A stretch of DNA of 63,547 bases, the filler included, from Hyphochytrium catenoides (taxonomy: Eukaryota; Protista; Hyphochytriomycota), in the NCBI GenBank assembly GCA_900088475.1. It is 9 parts of 9 records of this genome, joined end to end, with 100 filler letters (N's around TTAATTAATTAA, not from the genome) between each part and the next. Parts side by side here need not be neighbours in the genome. Positions count along the whole stretch, not along the records: positions 1 to 30,159 come from FLMG01001750.1; 8 more parts are not named here. One strand, given 5' to 3'. This document shows, piece by piece, positions 1 to 10,300 of the stretch. Under the pieces are notes generated by a model, which saw nothing but the letters and a program-made list of their open reading frames with translations, made no database searches and was not told where the DNA came from. Position 1 is the first letter of the stretch. Each line of letters opens with the position of its first letter. Position numbers and translations under genes: made by a program.

Positions 1-59
1 GACAGAGTCAGAAGAGAGAGAATGAAGGTCGCCCGATGCCAAGAAGAGGAGCAAACTTT

Positions 60-215
60 TGAAAAGGCAACACCAGGGATGACACAGAGAGAGAGACACA
101 GAGAGAGAGACACAGAGAGAGAGAAATTACGAGAATAGAGATATTGCGAGATTGTGCGAGAGAGAGAGAAGACAGGGAGTGAGAGAGAAAAGAGAGAGAA
201 AGAGAGAGGGAGAGG

Positions 216-269
<54 letters not shown>

Positions 270-722
270 AGAGAGAAAGAAAGAGTTTTTGGTATCTACC
301 TCTTAACTAGTGGTATATAACAATTGTAACGGAAATCTATAGGACTGTTCATATTCTGAAGGCCTTTAACCCTCACCAATGTAACAACACAGCAACAATT
401 TCTGGGTGCAAAAGGTTTATAACACATTATGGTGTGTAGAACCCCCGCAAAATCACAAGCTGGTGTCCGTATGACAGCCAGCTCGAGCCACAAGGAGAGA
501 GAGAGAGAGAGAGAGAGAGAAGAAAAGGGTTAGAGAGGGGAATAAGAACATTGCCCTCCTCTCTCTCTCTCTCTCTTTTTCTCTTCTCGTCTCTCCCTCT
601 TTCTGCTCTCTCACTGCCTCACTGTCTGGAGAACTCTTTCACCTATGTCATCTCTGTCTCTCTAGATGCTCTGTCTCACAACTGTTTACTCTGTCTCGAC
701 ATATTGAATTCTAGTCCGTCTG

Positions 723-754
<32 letters not shown>

Positions 755-1299
755 TCTTTCTCTTTCTTTCTCTCTCTCTTTCTCTCTCTCTTTCGCTCTC
801 TCTTTCGCTCTCTCTTTCGCTCTTCTCCTCTGTCTCCTCTCTCTCTTTTGCTCTCTGTCTTTCTTTCTCACTCTCACTCTCTCTCTCACACTCACACTTT
901 TCTCTGATCCTCTCTTCTCTTCTTTCCTGTCTCTGCTTCTCTGATTCTCTGCCATCAAGTTCGCTTTGCCTGTCCCTGTGATCTGCAATCTCTCTCTCAG
1001 CATCAGAGTGCATGTCCTCGTCCCAGATGATGTTGAAGCTCCTGGGATAAAGACTTTCCAGAGCTTGTCGTGCCGTCTCTTTTCCTCTCTTTCTCTCTCC
1101 TTGTCTCTCTCTTTGTATCTCTCTCTCTCTCTCTTTCTCTCTCCCTTCTCTGTTACAGATCTTCGGCTATTATGCCATTGGGAAGTCTCTTCTTTTCTTC
1201 CTCTCTCTCCTCCTCCCAAACTTCCTTCTCCACATATGGACAGGGGGTCCGTTAGCTTGGCTTGAGAGGCCATAGTCCTCTCTCTCTCCTCTCTCTCTC

Positions 1300-1345
<46 letters not shown>
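60..1345. repeat. (GA)n/(TC)n microsatellite-rich low-complexity region
   Basis: Long GA runs (e.g. 221-265) and TC runs (e.g. 720-890, 1280-1345). Similar tracts occur at 28090-28180, 28580-28660, 28930-29030 and 35341-38156. Confidence 0.95.
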
Positions 1346-1348
<3 letters not shown>

Positions 1349-1356
1349 TGTCTGGA

Positions 1357-4300
1357 ATGGAGCTACAGCCAGCGCAAAGTTTGCGGGCCAGAGAGAAGGA
1401 ACCAGAAGAGAAGAGAGAAAGAAGAGAACAGCCAGAGAGAGAGAACGAAGAGAGAGAAGAGGAGAGTTCTCCTATGGCATCTCCTGGCTGTTCTGCTGCG
1501 CCTTACTCAGAGCTGGAGGGAGACTCACACGCCTCAGCCTCTCCTCCTCCTCTCTCAAACAGAAACAATAGGAAAAAGGGAGAGAGAGCGAGAAAGAGAG
1601 AGACAAAAGAGGAAGAGGACGAAGAAGAACTCTTCCCTGAGGATGTGGAGATCTGTCACGCGCTGGTCTTCAAGCCTCAGAGACGGCTCTCAGGTTACTG
1701 CGTCTTCATTGCTGAGGTGAGCTGACAAGCCTGCGAATGGAGAGAGAGAGTGGGGGTGAAGGAGAGAGAGAAAGAGAGAGATAAATGAAGAGGAGAGAAT
1801 AAAGAAGAGAGATCAAGGGCAAGAAGGGAGAGAGAGGAAGTCGGCCAGACAGAAAGAGATAGTGGGAGAGAGAGAGAAGAAGAGAGAGAGAGAGATAAAG
1901 AAAGAGACAGAGACAGAGACAGAGACAGAGAGACAGAGAGAAGGCAATGGAGCAAAGGTTTCGGAGAAAGAGAGGCGCCACGCCAGTCAAGAGGACATCA
2001 AAGAGCTACAAATAGAAAGAAACGAAGAGTGAGAGGGAGAAGAGCATAAAATGAGAGGAAGGGAGGAGGATGCCGTGGGAGGGGAGGAAAGAACAGGGAA
2101 GAGAGAGACCAAAAGACAGAGACATATCTCAGCTAACCATTCCCTCTCTCCTTCTCTCTCTCGTGTCTCTCTCTTGCTCTCTTCTTCTTTGCCTTCTTCT
2201 CTCTCTCCCTTGATCTCTCTCCTGTCCAGGTCTTTTGTGGCTCTAACTCCTGGTCCATCGTCGTCACTCGCTCTGGGATCCTGCGGCTCTACCTTCGCCT
2301 TCTCCCTCATCTTCTTCTCCACTGTGCCTGTCCGCCAGCCTTCCCTTGGTTCCTCCTCAAGGTTGCTGGGCGATCATTCACTCGGAAAAGAGTCTCTTCT
2401 TTCTTCCTTTTCTTGGATTCGTGTCTCTTTTCTCTCTTTCTTCTCTCGCCTACCCTTTCTCCGTCCTCGCTCGATCCTCTTTCTCCTTCGTCGCTCTTTC
2501 TCTCTCGCTCTCTTTCTCTCCATCTCTCTCGCTCTTTCTCTCTCTCTCTCTGCAGAGCAGATTGTAAAGAGACAGACTCTCTCTTTAGCTTGCTTTTTTT
2601 CACACGCCAACACCTGAACCGCCTTTTCGTTCCGCAGTGCATCGTAACCCTGGATTTGTCTCTCTCTTGTGACACACTTTCTCACTCTCTTTCTTTGAAA
2701 CTTCAAAAATCTTCTCTTCTGTCATTTCTCTTCTCTCTTACTGACTGTTTCTTTCCTTGAAGTTTTCTCTCTTCCTTTAGATCAATCTCTAACTCTGTCA
2801 CTCTGTTCTCTGTTACTGCGGTCCTTCTGTTCCCTAGGCTCTCCCGGCTGCATCCGTAGCGGGAGAGGCGCCTCGAGTGGAGAAGCTACTGAAGTGTCTC
2901 TTAGCTATAAAGCAAGCTCGAAGGTGAGAGTAACAAGCAAAGTCAATGTTCTCCCCTTTTCTTTTCTGCTTCTTCTACTGCCACAACATCTCTCTCTGTC
3001 TCTTCTCTCTCTCTGTCTGTCTATGTCTCGGACCTCACTCACCATGTGACGTCCCTGTCTCTCTTCCTTTACTCCTTACTGAGCCAGTTCCTTCCTCTCT
3101 TCATGCAGATCGGAGACTCTTCTGTCTTTCCTTGGCTTCAGCCGCCACCGATTTTCTGACAGATTCGGGCCAAGCATCTTCGAAGCGCATGTGAGGGCAG
3201 TCTTCAAGTGCTACAATCCACCCTGGTACCTCATGTTCATATACAGCCAGGTAGAGCTCTCTCTCTCTCTCTCTCTCTCTCTTCATCTCTGTCTCCCTCT
3301 CTCTCTCTCTCTGTCTCTCTCTCTCTGGTGTCTTTCATCTCTCTCATGAGGTTCCCTTGCTAACAAGTTGGCCTCTACTATCCCTTTCCTATCAACTAGC
3401 GCTTATTTCCTGTCCTTTCTTCTCTTTCTTTGCTTTCGCTTCCTTTCTCTCCCTCTCCAAGTTTTTATTCTGGCGCCTGGCTGGCTGTATGCCTGACAGG
3501 AATGGTCGCTCTCTCTGTAGAAATTAGAGATGATTGCACAGAAGCTGAGAAAGTTCTTCTTAACTGTTGGTAGGGACTATGAGGCCGGTTGACTCTGCCT
3601 GTTCGTTTGTGTGTGTTTCTCTCTCTCTGCCCTCTCTCCCTCTCTCTTTCCCCTAGATAAATGACAGTGTTTCTGGATTAGTCCTCAGTCTTGAGCTCTT
3701 TCCGTTGCTTATTTTTCTGCCAATTCGTTCTTTTCTCTCTCGTTCTCTCACTTCTGCAGGTCACAACATATTCTGCGCGCTTATCTTTCTCCCGGTACTC
3801 CTCCTGCTGGTCCTCCTGCCCTGGACGGCTAAAGAGGCGGCCGTGGAAGAAAAGACTGAGAATGGAGAAGACAACACGCAACATCGTAAAGGTAGAGAGA
3901 GAAGCAACGGACAAAGAAGTGGAGCTGGCAACAAGAGAAAGAGAGATAGCGGAAAAGAGAAAGGAGAGAGAGAGAACCATTAGTTGCGTAGAATGAGGTG
4001 CCTCTCCCCTTACCCGCTCCCTAACCTTTGGCTCGTCCTCTTTAGAATACGTGCTCTTCACGATGCTTGGGTTAGGCTTGGTAGTGCTCCCGCTCTTGTT
4101 CTTTATTTGGTCCTTCTTCCAAGAGCGCCTGGGACGACGAGGATATTGGCTAGTGGTTCGCTCCTCTTCTGTCTCTCTCTATCGCAAGAGGAGTGATTCC
4201 TCTCCAGCGCATGTCTTTCTGCTGGATGGCGAGCTGAAGGTAGAAAGAAGCAGGCCGAATTGGAAAGGTCAGTTATATATAGAGAGAGACTACCGCTTGG

Positions 4301-7300
4301 AACAGTGGCAACAAAAGAGAGAGAAGGACAGGAGTCCTGAGCACCTATTGATAATTATCTGGGGCTCTCTCTTTTAGAAGTCCCAGTCTCTAATAATGTT
4401 GTTTGTCAATGAGCCATCTCTCTCTCCCTAACCATCACTTAGGGCTAACACTACAGCTTGCTGTCCTCCCTCTCTCCACGGAACCACACAGATCTTCTCT
4501 CTTGGATGCCTCACGGTCTGGAGGTGAAAAGTCGGAGCGCTGCGCTGGAAGTGGATTTTGGCTTCGTCTTCACTGGGCTCACGCGCACTCTCGGCCTCAT
4601 CTTCACCTTCCTCCTCCTCACAGTCTTTCTAAGTACGGCTCGCCACAACCTAAGCGTTCTCTGCCTTCACTTGGCTCTCTCTCTCTCTTCATTAGTGAGC
4701 TTTCGCTGTCTTCTTTGACGCTTATCAGTCTTCCTGCTTCTAGAGCTCTCAATTCAGTGTCCCACCTACAAATACAACGCTTGCTAACTACTCTCCTAAA
4801 CGGCTCTGGCCCAGGCTCCCTACTATCTGCTCTCATGTTCGTCTTCATCAACCTTTCTTCGCCAGGGTTAGCACCTGGATGGGGGAGCCCCTCTTCTTTC
4901 TGCCTGATTTCTCCCAATGATGTAGTTACTAGATCTCTTTCTTCTCGTTTGGTCCTTACGAAACGCGGACTAACACTCAATTTCTCTAACTCTCCCTTTC
5001 CGCCCTCTTCTCTCTATCACTGGCCCTTGGCTCTCGGACAATGGTTGCTTGTTGATTCAACTCAACGTGTCTGACGGGTGACAGGAATCAAGTTCCCTTA
5101 TTCATCTCTGCCATTTCGTTCCTTTCCCCCACCTCCACCTTCCTTCAATCAGACAGCTTTTACAGCAGATCCGCGTGTCATGGCCTGTGGCTTCGCTATC
5201 TCCACTCCTCACTCCTTGGCCCTCTCTTTCATCGCTGAATCACCAGATGGAGCGAGCGTACAGCTTCTGGTAAGCGTAACGGCTATTTATTTGTTTAGCA
5301 AGCACTTTTGGGTGCTCCCTCCATCGGCTTACAAACCTCCTTCGTGTGCCAGTGCTGGTGGCTTGTGGTAGTTCCGCTACTCCTTCTCCTCCTTGCAGCT
5401 TTCACTCTCTACTGACTACCATTCCTCCTCCTTCTCTCCGCTTTCTTATAATAGGCTCACGGCCCTCTGAAGGACGGCTTTGCCCTTGGTAGCTCCACAG
5501 TCAACTTTAGTGAACTCATGCAGATAGAAGCCATAAGCAGCAGCTGGGTGCTAACGTAAGAGGGACCAGGAGTGTCGACGAGGAGATTGAGAGTGAGGAA
5601 GGACAGGGCGTCAGAATCGGCCACCAACAATAGAAGTAGATCTAAAGAGACGGCCCTTCCAGTGAGAATGGGTCATGTGTCGAGTTTTATGCGCGGCTGG
5701 TGTACAAAGAGAGATATCTAGAAAGGGACTCCGAGACCAAAAGAGGTAGCTCGGAGAAGAAGTAGAAACAGAGAGCAAAGAACGAGTGTTAGTTTCAAAA
5801 GTGCGACACAGATGCCTTTGTTAACTAATGTTGTCTTTTTCTCCCAGGTATGCGCCGTACGTGTACTCTCTCGCCTCCGTCACCTTTGACTCCAAACAGC
5901 TCATAGTCGTCCTTACCTCCCCACCCCCACAGGTAAAGAGCGGGCACACAAGGAGAGAGTTAGAATAAGAGCGAGGGAGAGGAAGAGATGGGAGGTGTCC
6001 CGGAAGCCCAAGTCTTAATCTTCTCTCCCCTCTCACTGTTTCCTCTCTTGCTTTCTTTTCGGCCCAGATACCGTCTGCCTACTTGGGGATACCTGAGAGC
6101 TTGTCTATTGGCGACTGGGAGGAGAGTGACGGGCAGGATACACAGCTGTTTGGAGTTTATCTTTCATTGAGTGAGGATAATAAGACCGCTACGTTCAACA
6201 ACATGAACGGGACAATCTGTGCAGTCAACATTCGGTTGACATCAGCGTCAGGTGAGCCGAGTAGCTGACTTAGAAAGTGTAGAGACAACTTTAGTCAAGG
6301 TCGAGAAGTTTCAGAATAAAGGTGCTGAAGGGCTTTGTTATGGGTGAAGACGGTATCGACCATCATCCCTTAGCTGTTTGGTCTGGTGCCCTTGCTCCAC
6401 CTCTCTCTCTCCCAGCTCCTCCCTGTTGATTAATAACAACCTTAACCGTCTCCGCGTCACCGATTCCCCAATGTCTCTTTAGGTGCTTCTTCAGCTAACG
6501 CGCTATGGACGATGTTCTACTGTCTGGTGAGCTGTATCATTGGCCTTCTGGCGACAATCTTACTAGAGCTGCTGCTGACTTACATCGGTCTAGAAAAGGT
6601 GACCCACACGCTCTACACATTGAAGGAGTTGCTCTCTCTCTCTCTTTCAGAAATCTGTGGCGGTCTCTTCCCCATTGTTAAACTCTCTTTTTCTCGCTTG
6701 GCACCATTCGCTCCCACGGACTACTCTTCTTTTAATCGCTCTTCTTCTGTTGCCAGTCTCCATCTAAACGGGAAATTACTTCCAAAGGCACATGTGAGGA
6801 GAGACAACTTCATACGGATTCTGCAAGCTGTTAGTGAATCCTCGGTCTGGGCGCGCGGCAGCCAACGGTTCGGGTCATACTCTCCCTACCGTGAGGGAGA
6901 CGTGGGCGATGGAAAGCAGAAAGAATCAGAAATGAAGAAACCCAAGAGCCGAGGAAGAAGCTCACACCTGTTGCTGGCGACGGCTGAGACCGTCACCTTT
7001 GATGAAAACCAGAGTGAAAGGATGGCGGTAAAGCAGAACACCTCAGGCTCCTCCCTTAGAGGCCAAGACGAGCAAAGGGCAGAAGTGCAGCCAGACGAAG
7101 GAGAACTCGCGCCGCCGCCGCATTGTGAGGAGAAGAAGGCCTTCTCTGCGTTAAAGTGGTTGGTCGACGGGAAAGAGACTTTCTCTTGTATGTTGAACGA
7201 ATTGCAAATGGCTCAGAAGGAGATCCTTATCGCCGGCTGGTGGCTATGCCCAGATGTCTACCTAGAGAGACCTGCGGGTAAGCGAATATTGAAAAGGTTC

Positions 7301-10300
7301 CCGCGGAAGTCAGAGGTCAATGCCATCACATGGGGATAATACACAGAGATCACAGTCCTCGTAATGCAAAAGAAATGGGTGACAGACAGAGAGTGTGTGA
7401 CATAGCTTAGGGGTGAGGAGCGCCGCCGGCAAAAAGATTAGCCTACGGTCTGTGAGAGAGTGAGAGAATTAGGGCGGTTCAGCTCTCGTTAGAGGAGTCT
7501 TAAGTGGGAAAGGATGCCAAGAGATGGAGCAGATGGGGATTAAGGGAGAAGGGACGTGAGAATAGCTTGCTGAGAGTCATCCTGCTGAAATTTACCCTCT
7601 TGCTTCCTCTGGTGGCTATTGTTAGATCTTCACCCAGAAAGCAAGCTAGAAACAGTTCTGAAAGAGAGAGCGGACGCCGGAGTGCGAGTCTATGTCTTCA
7701 TGTATAAGGAGCCAACCGTAGCCTTGACTCTTAACAGGTAAGGAAGACGGCGCTGTCTTCCCTGCCGACGTCCTCATTGCTTTGTCGCCTTCCGTAATGG
7801 TCTTTTTTCTGCAGTCTCTACTCAAAGAAGCGGCTCGCCAAGCACCCAAACATCTTTGTCCAGAGAGACCCAAAGTTCCAGCTCCAGGATCTAGGCTTTT
7901 GGTCCCACCATGAAAAGATCGTAGTCATTGACCAACAGATTGCCTTCATCGGAGGTAACAGAGATTAGAAAAAGGCATCACAATCTTTTGCTGAGAGGGC
8001 TGCAGTCAGGGCGGATCTCAACGTGGTCGAGTCCACTATAGACTCGTTGTTCACTTTCCTTTTCATCCCGTTTCTTCTGTTCAGGGCTAGATCTCTGCTT
8101 TGGTCGCTATGATGATAAGAAACATGCCCTCACCGATAACCAGCGACCTTACACGTGGCCGGGCAAGGACTATTCCAATCCCAGGTCAAATGGACAACCA
8201 GTTCTCCCCGTCCTTACATTCTTTTTGTGTCTCTTGAAACCTCTTCGTTCAACCTTCTCGGTCTTCATTTTCATTTCTTCTAATCTACCTCTGTGAGTCT
8301 CTCACTATTCACGGTCTGAACACACCTCCTTCGTCTATTCGCCGCCTTGCCGCGTCATGGCATGGTCCAAATCTCCTTAGAATCTCATGACCGCTTCTCT
8401 TTGATGCACAAGATGAGCATCATTGTTTGTCTAATATTAATCCTGCTTGTTTGTCATTGATTGAACAGGGTGAAAGACTTCGTGGAGGTAGAGAAGGCTT
8501 ATCAGGATCTCGTTGACAGGGAAGTTGTGCCTCGACTGCCCTGGCACGACGTGCACTGCACCGTCTACGGTGCGGCGGCAGGAGATGCAGCGAGGCACTT
8601 TATCCAGCGGTGGAATTATTCGCTGACCAAGAAGCATATAAGCTTGAAGCACGGGTGAGGCAATCAGTCGGAATTCCTTTCGCGTAGAGGAAGGGAGTTA
8701 GGAGGCAGAGTGAGGAGGGACCGAGTCCGAGCCTGCGTCGTGCTGTCTCCTCTTTGCTTCCTCACTAACCCTGTTTTTTGTCACCTTTCTTATCTGCCAG
8801 CATCTGCGTGTGCTGTCGAAAGCGTCGAATGAAGAAGTACGAGCGGCTAGCGATACTTCCCTGCAAGGACCCGCATTCTCTTGCCCTTCCAACTGTCGAT
8901 TTTTACCTGCACAGCCTCAAAGCTCCATCTGGATCTACCCCGTCCCCGGAGGTCTTTTCTTTCAAAGCAAAGAGGCCGGCGGTGGCCGGCAGTGAGTCCC
9001 CTACCCCTTCTTGTCCTTCTCTCTCTAACATGGTTTCTGATGGTGGAATTCTTACCTCTTCTCTCGCGTCACCCCCTTAGTTTCCTCTTCGTTGAAAGGT
9101 GGAGCTATGATCGTAGCGCCGTCGCTGTTCACACATTTTATTCCCTGATGGATGATTCTGTAGGCCAGATAGAGACCGCTCCATTATCTTCCAGCTCCAT
9201 TGAAGTCCTCGGTGGCCGCATTCCCTGTTCTATCCAACTATTGCGAAGCGTCACGCTTTGGTCCGCTGGTACCAAGCTGGAGAACTCGATCCAAACGGCG
9301 TACCTTCACCTCATTGAGACTGCGCAGCACTATATCTATATCGGTACGGAACACCACCTCTTGGCAGCCTTAGCGGCTTTCGTTTTAGGAGCGTTAGACA
9401 GCGAGAGTTACTGGTGCTGCGAGTCTAGATCTCTGAGCTCATAGTTTACGCTCATTCCTTACTCCATTGCTTGCTTGTCTCTCTCTCACACTCTCTCCAT
9501 TTGCGGCGTCTCCCTTTTGTCTTCTCTCCTTGTGGCCGCTTCTCCACGTCTGGATCACAAACAGAAAATCAGTTCTTTGTGTCTGGGATTGTGGGACAGC
9601 AAGACGTGCGGAATCGTATCTTACAGGCCATCGCTGATCGGATAATAAGGGTACGTTGTCCACTCAGGAAGGCATTTGGAAGACCCCGAAGTATCTCGCT
9701 CTTCCGTTGTCGAATCTTCGGTCTCATCCTCCTCAATCTCATCGTGCTTTCACTGTCAGGCTGAGGCTCGCAAAGAGCCATTCCGCGTCATAGTTGTGAT
9801 GCCCCTCCTGCCTGCTTTTGAAGGAGATGTGGACGACCAGAAGACGGCCATGAATCTTCATGGGGTCATGTTCTGGCAGGTACTGGTTGTTCTTCCCTGC
9901 CATCTTTTATTCATAAATATACTTCTCTTCGCCGTTCCGTAGACACTATTCATCAATGTCTCTCTCTCTCTCTATCTTGTCTGTCTCTCTCTCTCTCTCT
10001 CTTGTCTGTCTCTCTCTCTCTGTCTGTCTCCCTATGTCTCTCTCTTCCTCTCTCCCTCTTCCTTTGGGAATGGTGCTCTTACCTCTAAGGTCTCTCTGGT
10101 CCTGAAGCTCTTGGCCCTCTCACTACTACCCTGCCTGTTATCTCTCATCACCAGTATCAATCTATTTGCCGTGGAGGCAATTCCCTTTTCGAGTATCTCT
10201 CTTCTCATGGCGTGGACCCGCACCAGTACGTCTCATTTTTCGGACTGCGCAAATGGGATTCACTCAACGACACGGCAGTCACGGAGCAGGTGAAAAGATC

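Noticed and set aside
551-2760. Many long S/L-rich and R/E-rich ORFs on both strands
   Set aside because: Translations of (TC)n/(GA)n microsatellites, which lack stops. Only segments with splice signals and PLD homology were kept.
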